Assembly (NCBI GenBank): GCA_951406725.2
Contig: OX597819.1
Coordinates: 107,880,001-107,944,000 of the forward strand
From: Octopus vulgaris
Lineage: Eukaryota
DNA: 64,000 bases
Direction of reading: 5' to 3'
Shown piece after piece: positions 11,661 to 25,172 of this stretch; position 1 is the stretch's first letter, and each line of letters begins with the position of its first letter. The notes beneath the pieces are model-generated. The model saw only the letters and a list, made by a program, of their open reading frames with translations. It had not been told where the DNA came from and ran no database searches. A program made the translations under genes and the position numbers.

Positions 11661-12038
11661 CAGCATTTTGAGAGGGTCATCTCCACCATGTCGAATCGCA
11701 GCTGATCACTGAACTAGCAAAGCTCATACATTGTGTATGTGTGTTTGCTAATGTTTACAACACTAACACTGCTACACACACACACACACACTTTCCCTAT
11801 TCTGTATTGTGTGAAGGATTAACATTTAAAGAGGAAGATGCTTGCATAAACTTTATAAATGTGAAAGCTTATTTCTCTGAATGTTAATGTTTATGAACAG
11901 ATCATCACTCATTAATAGAAAATACACCATCCTTCTATCTACCACAATGGGATGGTTTTGTTCTAATATGAATGTATCCCTACACAGACAGATAGCATCA
12001 TTTATAGAATGCTAACAAAATGTATAGGTACATTGCTT

Positions 12039-12264
12039 CGAGCTGGCAGAATCGTTAGCACGCCGGGCGAAATGCTTAACAGTATTTCGTCTGCCGTTAC
12101 TTTCTGAGTTCAAATTCCGCCGAGGTCTACTTTGCCTTTCATCCTTTCGGGGTCGATTAAATAAGTACCAGTTACGCACTGGGGTCGATGTAATCGACTT
12201 AATCCGTTTGTCTGTCCTTGTTTGTCCCCTCTGTGTTTAGCCCCTTGTGGGTAGTAAAGAAATA
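12039..12264 (+). mobile_element. SINE family B monomer
   Basis: GAGCTGGCAGAATCGTTAGC..GAGTTCAAATTCCGCC..GCCTTTCATCCTTTCGGGGTCGAT. Confidence 0.9.
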
Positions 12265-12289
12265 GGTATGAAGATGTCTGAAGGAAAGA

Positions 12290-13420
12290 CAAGAGCAAGG
12301 AGGAAATTCCAGGAGGTCACCATTCAAGGAAGGAAGGGCTGAGCATAATAATTAATGAAGGTCCTAATGGAGTTGGGCGATGGATGGAGGAGAAACATAT
12401 GGGTCAGAAACGTCTGCATAGAGATATCAGCCTAACCAGCACCAAAGAGAAGAAACCATTATAGTTGCAGTAGAAAAGGCAGAAGCAAGAATACAACACA
12501 TCTTTGGTTGAGGTGCTGGAGTATGTCTGTGACTGAGATTTTAGCTACTCAGTCAGATGGTTCTTCTTGGGAATTGGTTAAGAATGTCTGCATGTCAAAC
12601 AACAGCAACATCCCAGATGGAAGAGTAAAACTATATTTTGGGTCTCCCCTGAGATGTATGGCGTATCAATAGTTGTTGGGATCTGAAGTATCTTCTAACT
12701 CTGAAAAGCATGACCAGTTATTGGGCTGTATGCCTAGCTACATTAGAGATGTGCTTCTGTCAGGAGAGGTCCTCAATGATAATGAGGCCCAACATTTGGA
12801 ACAATTGCAAGGTCTCTAGTAGCATGCTGTCCATGTTTAAGTGGGTGAGGTATGAAGCTATTTTCTTGAGTAACATTTGTGTTTTCTTGCTGTTGAAAGG
12901 GACAAGATTGGCATATCTCTATTCAATGATGCTTTTACAATCCCTGTTCGTGGAGTTAGAGCACGTTTGACATTTGGTGTCTGAATTGCATGTGACTAAT
13001 ACATTTACATAGAGTAATCATTGTTGAACATGATGACAAGATCATTAATATGGAGGGAGAAGTATTGAGGAGACAAAACCAAACTCTGGTGTACTCTAGA
13101 ATTTATATAATAAGGGACACTAACAGCTCTGTCAAGACATGCCACAATAATATAATCTGATAAAAAGTTACTGATCCAAGAAATAAGAGACATGTGAAGC
13201 TCATAAGCAGGCAATAGCAGATTCACATGTCAGATATAGTTGAAAGTTTGGTTGATGTTGAGGGTGAAAACAGTGCTTTCACCAAATATCTCCTAAGGAG
13301 CCCATTAGTGGGTGACATACAGAAGTGACCAGTGGATTTGGCTTTAGGGAAATCATACTGCTGATCATTAAAAAGAGAGAAAGAGAGATGTTAGAGGATA
13401 ATTGCTAATGGCTGTTTCTA
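12290..13420 (-). mobile_element. Heavily decayed LINE RT (CR1/Jockey group)
   Basis: ORF 13005..13226 LISWISNFLSD..RVHQSLVLSPQYFSLHINDL matches the GVPQGSVLSPxLFxxxINDL region. Confidence 0.65.
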
Positions 13421-13569
13421 TTACCTTAGTAATATTGTAAATGAAATAGAATGATAATTAGGAGTCAGAAAAGTTGCTATTCTTGGGAATGAGATACAGT
13501 AAAGCATGTTTCCCAAGATCAGCATTGATTATTGTAGGCAGAGTTGCTGGTAACTTTGCAGCGATGTAG

Positions 13570-14679
13570 TTATTCCCAAATGTGAATACGTTTATGGGCT
13601 GATAAATTGCTGCTATCAGAAACTGTTTTCCCACAGATATCACAGAGATATGGTTTCTCTCCAGTATGAATACGTTTATGAAGTAATAATCTGCTGCTAA
13701 AAGAAAAAGCTTTCCCACAGATATCACAGGGATATGGCTTTTCTCCTGTATGTGTACGTTTATGAGCTATTAGATTGCTGCCATCAGAAAAGGCTTTCCC
13801 ACAAACACCACACTTGTATGGCTTTTCACCAGTGTGAATACGCCTATGAATTGATAATTTATCATTACCGGAAAATTCTTTGCCACATATTTCACAGGTA
13901 GGTTTTTCTTCAGTGTGTGTACGTACATGATTTGATAATTTAAATTTGTAAGAAAATGCTTTTCCACAGAGTTGACACTGATATGGTTTTTCTCCTGTAT
14001 GCATACGTTTATGATATGATAAATTAGTGCTAGAAGAAAGAGATTTCCCACAGACATCACATTGAAATGGTTTTTCCCCTGTATGAATACGTTTATGGTT
14101 TGATAAAGTGTAATTATTACAGCATTTTTTCATGCAAATGTCACACTGGTAAGACTTTTCGCCAAGGTGAGTACGTTTATGATCCGACAGTTGGCAATTA
14201 TAAGAAAATATTTTCTCACAAATATCACACTGCAATGATTTTTCTATGGTGTTTTTGCGCTTGTGGTAAAATAAGTTACTCTGACTGAAAAATTCTTTCC
14301 CACAATGTTCACAGGAGTATGGTTTATCTCCTGTGTGAATGTGTTTGTGATTTGTCAAGTTATTGTTTGTTGAAAATTTTTTTCCACAAATCTCACAGCA
14401 GTATGCTTTTCTTTCAGCATGTGTACTTTCGTGAACCACTAAGGTACTTCTGTAAGCAAATACTTTCTCACAAATACTACACTGGTATGTTTTTTGTCCA
14501 CTGTGTAGACGTTTGTGGACTGACAACTGACTGATACAAGAAAATATTTTGTCACAATTTTCACATTTGATTATATTATCTCCATTGTGAGTACATTTAT
14601 GAACTAATAAGTCAGAATCCACAGGGAACAGCTCCCCACAAACATCACATCTGAGAGGTTTTTCTTCTGTTTCCAACAT
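13570..14679 (-). CDS. C2H2 zinc finger protein ZNF-A (369 aa, 13 fingers, finger 5 lacks its last His)
   Basis: Repeated CxxC-x12-HxxxH with TGEKPY linkers; putative acceptor TTAATTTCAG|GACAG at 15030 and donor TTGAG|GTAAG at 16649 for a non-coding exon. Confidence 0.93.
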   Translation of the reverse strand: MLETEEKPLRCDVCGELFPVDSDLLVHKCTHNGDNIIKCENCDKIFSCISQLSVHKRLHSGQKTYQCSICEKVFAYRSTLVVHESTHAERKAYCCEICGKKFSTNNNLTNHKHIHTGDKPYSCEHCGKEFFSQSNLFYHKRKNTIEKSLQCDICEKIFSYNCQLSDHKRTHLGEKSYQCDICMKKCCNNYTLSNHKRIHTGEKPFQCDVCGKSLSSSTNLSYHKRMHTGEKPYQCQLCGKAFSYKFKLSNHVRTHTEEKPTCEICGKEFSGNDKLSIHRRIHTGEKPYKCGVCGKAFSDGSNLIAHKRTHTGEKPYPCDICGKAFSFSSRLLLHKRIHTGEKPYLCDICGKTVSDSSNLSAHKRIHIWE

Positions 14680-15477
14680 TATCTAACAAATTATTTCCTT
14701 TCTAAGAAAACCTTTCCAATGAAACAAGTTTTCCTCACAACAAATATTCCTTCAACAATTTTACAGAGGAACATATTTTCTTAAACAGAACCAGACTTTA
14801 CTGAACTTAGAATGTTTCCAAATGTTCCTATGGTCAGACTTCTTGTGTTCTTGAACAAATTTGTATTAATTTAAGCTTTACTTGTTATAAAATGACTTCT
14901 CAATAAAGACATGTCAGCTTTTCACTGCATTGTTACATTCAGAGAACTTGATAAATAACACATTGGTAATTTCAGGTGTAATACTGTTTATGACGATGTC
15001 TTGTTAATTTTATTTTCCAATAATCTGTCCTGAAATTAACAAAAAGAATACATGTTAATGAGAATATCAGTATCAAGAATCTTCACTAAAGATTTTATAT
15101 TTCAATTATACAGATTTCTAACACAAACTTAAAATTTATTCTTCTTAATTATTTAGCTAAAGGAAGTGGGAAACAGACCTTAGCCCTCATGGATCTTCCA
15201 AAACATGTAATGTTGCTGCTGTTTTGTTCTAAGTCATCTCTGACTGAGCAGCAGTGATTAAGGACATTTAAACTATGACCATTCTGGCTTACTCTCAGAT
15301 ATAGTACAGTAATCCCTTGCCATATCTCAGTTCTTCTATCGCAGTTTATTATTTAAGCTTATGTCAATTCCTCCGTCGTGTTGTTTTGCATTTATAATAA
15401 AATAAATATATACAAATTATAAAAATAATTTTTAAAATATACATGAATGTAGTATAATGCACAGATGGCGATATACT

Positions 15478-15852
15478 CTTTTACTTGTTTCAGTCATTTG
15501 GCTGCGGCCATGCTGAAGCACCGCCTTTAGTCGAGTAAATCGACCCCATGACTTATTCTTTGTAAGCCTAGTACTTATTCTATCGGTCTCTTTTGCCGAA
15601 CCGCTAAGTTACGGGGACGTAAACACACCTGCATCGGTTGTCAAGCGATGTTGCGGGGACAAACACACACACATATATATATACAAATACATATATACGA
15701 CAAGCTTTTTTCAGTTTCCGTCAACCAAATCCACTCACAAGGCTTTGGTCGGCCCGAGGCTATAATAGAAGGCACTTGCCCAAGGTGCCACGCAGTGGGA
15801 CTGAACCCGGAACCGTGTTTGGTAAGCAAGCTACTTACCACACAGCCACTCC
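15478..15852 (-). mobile_element. tRNA-derived SINE family C (CORE-like)
   Basis: Minus strand GGAGTGGCTGTGTGGTAAG..GGTTCAGTCCCACTGCGTGGCACCTTGGGCAAGTG..TGACTGAAACAAGTAAAAG; paralogs at 40466, 53353, 53903. Confidence 0.85.
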
Positions 15853-17384
15853 TTTTTTACGTTGAATGAATTACGGTGATCTATGCCACAAAACAAACAA
15901 AATTTTCATTTGACGTTACTAATACATTCGTTTCTTTTGAAAAAAAATTGTGCTATTTTTCTTATGACATTAACCTGGCAACACTCATATAAGGTTGGTG
16001 ATGAGACTTAATGATGATTAGAGCGAGCATACATCTATTTTGATTATTTATTAGCTATCTTTTTGCTATTTTCTTGTTGTTTACTTTTGTAAATTGGGTC
16101 TTTTTGTTCTTTTTCGCTTAAGTGTAAATATGTAAAATATTATTTATTCATAACTTTTATATTTTCTATAAAGTAGCACTTGGCTTCATAACTTCTTAAC
16201 TTCGGCAGTTGAAAGACAGTGACAAGTTTAGCGAATAATGGAACCGATCAATCAGTTCCAACCCCCTTCCAACACACACATACACGCGGATTTCGAGCTG
16301 CTGAAAAGTTATGCAGTTTTTATCTATGGGGGTTTGTTTCTACAGTCAACATATGTTTATTAAACATACCTATGGTATGAGATTCTATTTTGATATTTAT
16401 GATTGGGTGGTGGTCTTAATCCATCGTCCAGTTTAACACCGCCACTCAGCGGAGATAGTGCTTTTAGTGAAGTTCGTTCTGTTATAAGAACTTGGACCAA
16501 GTCTGAGGAAACCTCATAAATCATGCTTTCTTCCAACACTTCATTCCATTAGACATTGAGACTTTGCGAATGAACGTGCGCGCTGCTCTTCACAAACCAT
16601 TAAAATACAACTATTTAACATTGAATATATCAAACAATAGTTAGCTTACCTCAACATACTTTTTTCATCTTGTTTGTTTTTCTTGTTCTTCAACATGTTA
16701 AACATTTAAGTTACATTCTCTAACCATCATTTTTCTAATGATGTACCGTATACAAATCACCACACCTTTCCATAAAAAGAGCCTATGCGTAGTCGCTCGA
16801 GTTGCTAAAAATAGCAGCTAATACTTCAATCACTCCCTATCGTCTTAAAAAAATGAAAAACACATCAGAGAATATAGTTGTAGATATACGTGATGATTAT
16901 GACTGGAAAACCTTAGAGCTAGGTTTATTCAATCACAGCTCATCTGAGGCTACGCGATCTCCGATGTGATGCGGACATCGGGATAAAGAGACCTAACTAA
17001 CGGAGAAAATTAGTGCATCATGCGAAAATACAAACAGGTGTTATGGAATCGCCGAAACGAAACAATTAAGAGAATAAAAATGAAACTTAAAAATTTCACA
17101 GACATGTGTAATCTATACGTTCTCGATTCCTTGTGATAAAATAGATCTTAAATTGTTGTTGTTGTTGTTTAGCTGTCATTCAACAAACTTATAAAAGGTG
17201 CCTCATCCGTAACCATTCCATATTTTATTCGAGCGCGTGTTACATGTTTGTAAGGAAGATGTATAAGTGATTATTGTTTTGGAACTGACGGATATTAGGT
17301 GTCATTTCCCATTCATATGGATTAGTTTAAAATAATTTACAATTAAATGAACTTATTTTAATTTATTTATTGTAATTTTCTACG

Positions 17385-17552
17385 CAGTGGCGTCTTAAGA
17401 CATGTGCAACACTGGTCAGTAACCCGTGGGCCTCAGGTTAAGGGGCCCAGTTCTGATCTATATATGTTGTGGCTTGCAGTCAATAAATAAATATTATACA
17501 GCCCAGAGCACTGATTTGCCCAGGGACTTATAGTACTGCTAAGACGGCCCCC
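17385..17552. mobile_element. Short hAT-like MITE relic
   Basis: CAGTGGCGTCTTAAG .. CTAAGACGGCCCC imperfect termini with internal GGGCC motifs. Confidence 0.45.
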
Positions 17553-17580
17553 ATTCAAGCGCGCGCACGCGAACAAACAT

Positions 17581-17597
<17 letters not shown>

Positions 17598-17611
<14 letters not shown>

Positions 17612-17990
17612 CTGAAGTTGTCTATGTATGGCAGGTTTGGTAGCCTTCAACTAACACTATCTCCTCCGAGACCCTGCAGCGCAAGTTGACCAAAATTGAG
17701 AGTATGCTAGAAGGCTAGCTCTTCCTTCGGTAGAAGAAAAAATTCATATCGGACCATGTTGACACCCAAAAATTATTTACATCAAAAAGTTGCTTTTTTT
17801 CCTATAAAAATTCCTATTTTTTTACGATTTTTTGACTGCTGTGTCGCCATTTTTTGGTGTATTTCATTCAACCAGAAAAATGTTCACTTAAAGAAAATAA
17901 CAAGCTACATAATGCAAAATTTTTACTTTTCAAAAATTCCAATTCTAAAGGGTCGAAACAAACCCGAGCAACGCCGGGCAATACTGCTAG
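17598..17990 (+). mobile_element. Non-autonomous Helitron-like element in (TA)n
   Basis: TATATAAAGCTGAAGTTGTC.. to hairpin CCCGAGCAACGCCGGG + CAATACTG-CTAG|T; inverted paralog at 34197-34786. Confidence 0.8.
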
Positions 17991-18044
<54 letters not shown>

Positions 18045-18090
18045 GCGGGGTCTCTATATACAAACATCATACGGAATCATGTCCTTTCTC

Positions 18091-18345
18091 TACGAGGGTG
18101 AGCTGACAAGGAAGGAGTGATGCTGAAGCTGTGAAATATTGCATACATTAATTTCAGTTCTCCTTATTTATAATTGTCTTGTTTCTTTCCAGGTAAACTG
18201 ATAACTGGTTGTTCAAAGAAGATTTCAGAAGTAACTAGTAGCGACTTATCTTGGAAGAGGAAAAAATTTGGCATTGCAGTATTATCGAGTACCTGCAGAA
18301 AAAGGGTTTAGTCCCCCAACAACATTCATACTGACATAGCTACTG
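18091..18345 (+). mobile_element. Mariner 5' end relic
   Basis: TACGAGGGTGAGCTG TIR-like start; IIEYLQKKGL..NIHTDI HTH-like translation. Confidence 0.55.
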
Positions 18346-19260
18346 GCGCTTTTTCGTTTGACACATAAAGCGTGACGGGTCACAATTGTGACCGTCAGGC
18401 ACAGGTTGACAGGCCACGATTGTGGCCCAGATAGATGCATTTAATTTATGGGCGTTTTGAGAGGCCTAACGTCACTCAAACATTCCAATACACCCCAGAA
18501 TGCAAGAGGACTAATAGTTCAACTAATGACTTTTCAGGTGAAGTTAAACCTACCACCATTATATACTAAGAAGATATTTAACTTTTTTGTGTGTGTGTGT
18601 GCATGGTAGTCTCATTTTCATATATATATATATATAGAGAGAGAGAGGTATGCATCTCAGATCCAGCATTCAACATTTCCTAGAATGCAACACTCTCAAA
18701 CACCTCTCACCCTGAGCACAAACTTCAACATATAGAAGTTCAAACTAAATAACAACCACATTGGCTTCATCTTGTCTAAAAGACCCTGCAATGTCCATGG
18801 TTCTACTCTTTTATAATATAAAGCAATAAAAAAAGATAACAATCCTGTAAACTTCTGAGATTCTAGTAAACTCTTTCCTGATAGTAAATTAGTGATACAG
18901 GACAGCTGCATTAATAAAATAAGGAGAGATGTATTAAATGATATCTTCAACAGAGTGAATGTCAATAATGGCACTCAAGGTGTCAAGTGGTAGTAAATAA
19001 ATTATCAGATTAAATCCACAACCTAAAAATTTGGGCTTTCCTTCTTTTCTAATTTCCCATTCAATTCAAGCTTCAATGTTAATAAAGTAGGTGGTATTTA
19101 TTGCACTAGCAGTACAATTAGATATAGCATTTTACAGAGGTACCTACAATCGAAGGTATATTTTAAAGTTAGACAGTTGATACATTGGTAACTTACCATT
19201 ATAGCTCAGTATTGTTCAAGAGTTCCACTGCTATACTAGCATCAGTATTTTTGTCAATCA

Positions 19261-19480
19261 TATGAGGGGGTGTTGAAAAGTATCTGGCTTTAAGGGTATC
19301 ATGAAAGGCCTGATTGGAGGTCCAACTTTCCAGTTCTTTTACAGGGCTTAGAAAAACTGAAGGACCACTGCAATAAGTGTATGAATCTGGGAGGAGAATA
19401 CATTGAATAAAATCATAATTAACTGATCCTCTTGTATTTTCTTTTACCCAAAACCAGGAACCTTTCAGCTCCCCCTCATA
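19261..19480. mobile_element. Mariner-derived MITE
   Basis: TATGAGGGGGTGTTGAAAAGT / ACCTTTCAGCTCCCCCTCATA inverted termini with TA. Confidence 0.8.
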
Positions 19481-20328
19481 CAATACATGGCTTCTGCATT
19501 AGAAAAAAGAAAGCTTAATATTGTGTCTAACTGACAAAATACAAAAAACTTGAGAAATATTAGAGGTTTTGGCAGAATATTTATTCAAAATTGCAAGTAG
19601 AATGTTTATTCAACATTTCAAATAGTATAAACTTGAGGTGATGCAGCTTCTCATCAAATTCATTACTGGTAGATGAAGAGTGTAACGATACTTGTATAAG
19701 TAACATAATTAGCATTACCTATGACTCTAGGAAGTATTACTTAAAACTGAAATTTCATTTTAAAAGGTAATTCATTGCATAACAATTAGTTCCAATCTCT
19801 TGTCAAAGAATTCAGTTTTTGTGTTTATATAAATTTGGGTCGAAAGTTTATTAATGAAGTTGTGTTTTACATTAGATAGTGTTTGAGAAAGAATATTTGA
19901 GAATCTTTCCAGATTAATTTCATGTAGCTAATTATATTTTCTGTCTGTCTACTAGAGTCTCAATTATATCTTTGATGATATAATTGCTTATATTAATAAT
20001 TGAAACCAATAATATTTACACAATCATAACAATTTTTGAACATTCAAGATGCATAATTGCAAAATTCAAGAATGTTAACATCCTCTTCAAATCTAAGATG
20101 TTTTGATATAAAGATGTAATTAATAAACCATAATGAAGACACACAATGAAGAATTGAAGATGAAACATTAAATAAAATTATTTTTCTAATTCTTTAGCTT
20201 TATGGTGAGATTTATCACTGTTCTTTTTTTAATATTTTAATAACAATATTCCACTACTTCAATATTTCAAATAAACCACCGGATCTTATGATTATTAATT
20301 TGTTGTTATAAATTTTATACTGGTATGG

Positions 20329-21351
20329 TCACTTTTCTGTGTGAATACGATAATGACGAGCTAAATTTCTATTCCTAGAAAATGCCTTACCACAAAATTC
20401 ACAAGAGAATGGTTTCTCTCCTGTATGAATACGTCTGTGTTCTGATAAGTTACTGCGACAAGCAAACACTTTTCCACAAAACTCACACTGATAAGGCTTT
20501 TCCCCAGTGTGAATGCGTATATGATCAGTCAGGTGATTGTTAAAAGAGAATGATTTGCCACAGATTTTGCACTGGTATTGCTTTTCTCCTGAATGAACAC
20601 GTTTGTGGCAGGAGAATTTACCATTAGAAGAAAATGATTTCCCACAAATATCACAGTGATATGGCTTTTCACCATTGTGAACACGCCTGTGGTCTGTTAA
20701 CATACTGCTACGGGAAAATGTTTTCCAACAAATATCACAAAAGTATGGTTTTTCTCCAGTGTGAACACGTACATGAAGAGACAGTTTACTACTAGCTGAA
20801 AAGGCTTTCCCACAGATTTCACATTGGTACGGTTTCTCTCCTGTGTGAATGCGTTTGTGACATAGTAAAGTACTTCTACACGAAAATGACCTCCCACAAA
20901 ATTCACAATGATATGGTTTTTCTCCTGTGTGAATACGAACATGACGAGATAATTTACTAGTGAAAGCAAATCCCTTCCCACAGATTTCACAGTAGTATGG
21001 TGTTTCTCCTGAGTGAATCCGTTTATGATCAGATACACTACTGCTACTTGAAAATGCTTTACCACAGATTTCACAAGAGTATGGCTTTTCCCCAGTGTGG
21101 ATACGCGTGTGATCTGTTAAAGTACTATTTCGAGAAAAGGCCTTTCCACAGATTCCACATTGATACGGTTTCTCACCTGTATGAATGCGTTCATGATCCA
21201 ACAGGCTGGAACTCTTGGAAAATGCTTTACCACAATTTCCGCATTTGTATACTTTATCTCCATCGCGAATCTGTTTATTAGAAATTAGGTCTGAGTTTTT
21301 AGAATCGTCACATCTACTGACAGGTTTGTCTTCTGTCTCTAGCATTGTCAT
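20329..21351 (-). CDS. C2H2 zinc finger protein ZNF-B (11 fingers)
   Basis: Uninterrupted HTGEKPY-linked fingers; first ATG at 21351 (MTMLETEDK, cf. ZNF-A MLETEEK); acceptor TTAATTCCAG|GACAG at 21731. Confidence 0.94.
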   Translation of the reverse strand: MTMLETEDKPVSRCDDSKNSDLISNKQIRDGDKVYKCGNCGKAFSKSSSLLDHERIHTGEKPYQCGICGKAFSRNSTLTDHTRIHTGEKPYSCEICGKAFSSSSSVSDHKRIHSGETPYYCEICGKGFAFTSKLSRHVRIHTGEKPYHCEFCGRSFSCRSTLLCHKRIHTGEKPYQCEICGKAFSASSKLSLHVRVHTGEKPYFCDICWKTFSRSSMLTDHRRVHNGEKPYHCDICGKSFSSNGKFSCHKRVHSGEKQYQCKICGKSFSFNNHLTDHIRIHTGEKPYQCEFCGKVFACRSNLSEHRRIHTGEKPFSCEFCGKAFSRNRNLARHYRIHTEK

Positions 21352-22838
21352 TAAACCATATTGAAGAGACAAACAGAAATTTCTGTATTACTTTTCTACC
21401 AAAACATTTAAAATAAAAAAACGGATTTTTTTCAATAATTCCAGAAAAATATTTTTCTCAAGCTGAATCAGTTGATATCAAACGCAGAACATTCTCAAAT
21501 GTTTCATTGGTCATGGGCTTGCTTCAACGGTTTTTGTGTTAAGATAAGCACAAGACAATAAACACTCTCTAATGTCAGTATCACATATATTTGTCTGTTG
21601 TAGGTATGTATACAAGTCTTACATCACATTGTTACCTTCAGACAAATGTAATACTCCACACTGGTTGTATTTCATTTAACACTGTCAAAGGATGACATTT
21701 GGTAGAATTCCATTTTTCAACCCGGCTGTCCTGGAATTAAAAAAAAACAATCTTAGATGGAACTAATACAAAAATGTGTGCGTGTGTGTCATGTATTATG
21801 TAGAAAATAACCAATTGGTGCTAGATCCCACCAGATGGCCAGCAGTCTGGGGTGGGAAGATTAGAATAGTAGTGAGTAAGTGACAAAAGAAGAGATGAGT
21901 AAGAAGTTCTTGAGAAGAGGTAATATGAGACCAACCAGCTCCAAGGAGTGGAGGTTGCTGTAGTAGATGTAGAAAAAGAAGAGACAGGAGACAGCACATC
22001 TAAACGCCAACAGCTGGAGCATGTTGGCAAGTGATTAAAAACCAATTAGTTAGATAGCCATTTTTGAGGTGTGATCCAAGATATCTATAAGTGTAGCAAC
22101 CACAGACGTGGGATCATTCCTCCATTGCGAATCTCACCCAAACTTTGAAGAGGATTAGTAATCATTGAAGACTGATATATTTTCTGTACTTGAAGAGTAA
22201 GACCAGTGTTCATGACTGGAAGTGGTAAGACTATAAAATCCTGACATCTTTACTCTTTTATAATGGTATTTCTAACAACAATAGTCTGTTTACAGTATTT
22301 TGTAGGGACAGGTGGTAAAATAACATTTTTTTAATGATTTATAGGACATGGCATTTCGTTATGCAACTATAATATACTACAAAGTATATTAAACTTGTTT
22401 TATAAGTCAACACCATGCTCTACTGAGTTAGCAGTGTTATTACATCACTTGTTAAGGTTATTTCTATAGATTTTCTATAGAAATTATAGCCAGAGCTGAT
22501 TTTGTTACAATGCTTCATATCAGAGATGCCTAAATTAAACAACAATGAGATGGAAAGTGAAAAATGGATAACATGCATATATGACACATCAGAACTTTTT
22601 GCTCCTTCATCAGCATCCATCCAGCCTGTTTATCATCCATGAACTCATTGTTTAAATAGCCACTAAATATAGCAGTATAACATTATTGGATATACCAATT
22701 TTACATATTAAACACATACCTGGAAGCTGGTACATAAATATTTATTTTTTGATGTATTAAGCTGGTATGGAATACAATTTAACACAAGATTATTTTAAAA
22801 CTACATTGGAATTATTAGAAACTGGAATTTCACGTAAT

Positions 22839-24600
22839 TATCATCGTCGTCGTCGTCGTTCAACATCTGCTTTCCATGCTGGCATGGGTTGGACAGTTTG
22901 AGAAGGCTGTGCCAGGCTCCAATCTGATCTGGCAAGGTTTCTACAGCTGGATGCCCTTCCTAATTCCAACCACTCCACTAGTGCAGTGAGGCCCAACATT
23001 TGAAGGTGGTGCTTCACCACCTCATCCCAAGTTTTCCTGGGTCTACCTCTTACACAGGTTCCCTCTACTGCTAGGGTATAACACTTTTTCACATAGCTCT
23101 CCTCATCCATACAGAACACATGACCGTACCAGCACATTAGTCTCTCTTGCACACCAAATCTGATGCTTCCCATATCCAACTTTTCTCTCAGGACACTTAC
23201 ACTCTGGCATACTGACATTACACATCCAGCGGAGCATACTAGCTTCATTTCTTTCAAGCTTACACATGTCCTCAGCAGTCATGGCCTACGTTTTACTGCC
23301 ATGCAGCATGGCTGTTCACACACATGCATCATACAGTCTACCTTTTACACTGAGCGAGAGTCCCTTTATCACCAGCAGAGGTAAGAGCTCTGAACTTTGC
23401 CCAGGCTATTCTTATTCTAGCAGTGATACTCACAGAGCATCCACCCCACTACTGACTTGGTCACCTAGGTAACAGAAGCTATCAACTACTTCTAGTTTTT
23501 TTTCCCCTAGCATGTGACAGAAGCTGTTTTCTGTACATTTTCAGTGTTTATTGCCCCTGAGCATTTGCCACACACAAAAACTATCTTCCCAGTTAACCTT
23601 CCTTTGATATTGCTGTATCTCCTAGACCTTACTTCCATACCTGAAACTCCTCTAGTTCTGATAGTGACTCAGTTATTAGAGCAAGGTCATCAACATAGAG
23701 AAGCTTCCGGGGGAATCCTGTCTTGAATTCTTCTGTTATTGCCTGGAGTACTATGATGAATAAGAGGGGGCTGAGGACTGATCCTTGGTGGATTCCTACC
23801 CAGAATTCTTCACTATACTCATTGCCAACCCTCACCTTACTGACAGCATCCCTGTACATGGCTTGCACAGCTCTCACTAACTACTCATCTGTCTCTAGTT
23901 TCTGCATTGACCAATAGATAAGGGATCAGGGGACCCTGTCAAAGGCTTTCTCAACGAAAGCCAGGTGGAGATGTTTATCTTTGGCTAGGTATTTCTTCTG
24001 CAGCTGTTTTACCAGAAATCAGTGGTGCTTTTCCCTAGCACAAACCCAAACTGCATCTCATCTAAACTAACTCTCTCCTTGATAAGTTGGGCTATGACCC
24101 TCTCCGTGACTTTCATTACCTGATCCAACAACTTGATACCTCTGTAATTATTCGTATCTAATGCATCACCTTTACCTTTGTAGCAGTTGACTATGGTGCT
24201 GCTACACCAGTCATTGGGTATGACTCCTTCATATATCACCTGATTGACTATATGGATGACTAGACTATAGCCGACACCACCAGATATTTTAAGCATCTCT
24301 GCGGTGATCCCTAATGGGCTGTGGGCTTTCCCTGTCTTTATACCCTTAATTGCTTTATCTACCAAGGTACTGTCAATTCAGATAGCTGGTCCCTTAGTGG
24401 GTCAACATTCAGCAGACTCTCTTTTTCCCATTCATTCTCTTCATTTAGCAACCTTTCATAGTGGTGTCTCGAAGTCTCTCTCTTTGCAGCATCATTAAAT
24501 GCAAGTGAGCCATCATCCACGTGGACATATTTCTCCTATGACATTACAATTCTCTCTCTCACACTGTCTTGCAACACAAAACATGACGCAGAACATTGGC
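22839..24600 (-). mobile_element. RTE-clade LINE, frameshifted, 5' end runs into the gap
   Basis: YKGKGDALDTNNYRGIKLL, QFGF, GIHQGSVLSPLLF, LLYVDDL, WYGHV..RGRPRKTW; 3' tail ends in (GAC/GAT)n. Confidence 0.9.
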
Positions 24601-24700
24601 NNNNNNNNNNNNNNNNNNNNNNNNNNNNNNNNNNNNNNNNNNNNNNNNNNNNNNNNNNNNNNNNNNNNNNNNNNNNNNNNNNNNNNNNNNNNNNNNNNNN
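24601..24700. other. Assembly gap (100 N)
   Basis: Run of N. Confidence 1.
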
Positions 24701-25078
24701 TCAGCCAATTTTAACTAATAACTTTCATAAAATCTTTTAGCTATACCAATAAAAAAAAATTAACACCCAATCCATGTTCAGTGAATAAACCTTGCAATGC
24801 AGAAACCATAATTTATGAAGCTAATGTTTCTTTAAAACCAAATCTCGAGGTAGCATAAAAAAGGTAAGACTGAAGACGACAACAAGGGGAGTAACTCCAA
24901 ACATTTCTGTAGCATGTAGAAGACCAACTCGTATCTCTTGGTAACAGCTGGTTTCCCATGAAAAAGCTCTTGTCCTAGCCTGCACCTCTCATAGGAACTT
25001 TTAGAGCAGATCCATGGTTTCGCGATGCACACGGAGACCCCGGATAATCTATCTATCTCTATATATATATATATATAT

Positions 25079-25172
25079 AAATAATTGCAGCGTGGAAGGT
25101 GTTTATAAGCCATTTAATGGTTTTGAGTGTTTTTTAAATGGCTTTTTAACACCTTCCACGTTGCAATTATTT
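25079..25172. repeat. Hairpin with 39-bp arms between TA runs
   Basis: AAATAATTGCAGCGTGGAAGGTGTTTATAAGCCATTTAA / TTAAATGGCTTTTTAACACCTTCCACGTTGCAATTATTT. Confidence 0.85.

Noticed and set aside
11394-11712. Poly-Pro / poly-Gly ORFs
   Set aside because: Translations of a trinucleotide microsatellite
13458-14534. Alternative-frame and antisense ORFs over the ZNF genes (also 20697, 27088, 55838, 56654)
   Set aside because: Shadow ORFs of repetitive finger codons
21352-21372. ORF-track start of ZNF-B at 21372
   Set aside because: TTG codon; first ATG is 21351 and the paralog-matched ATG is 21345
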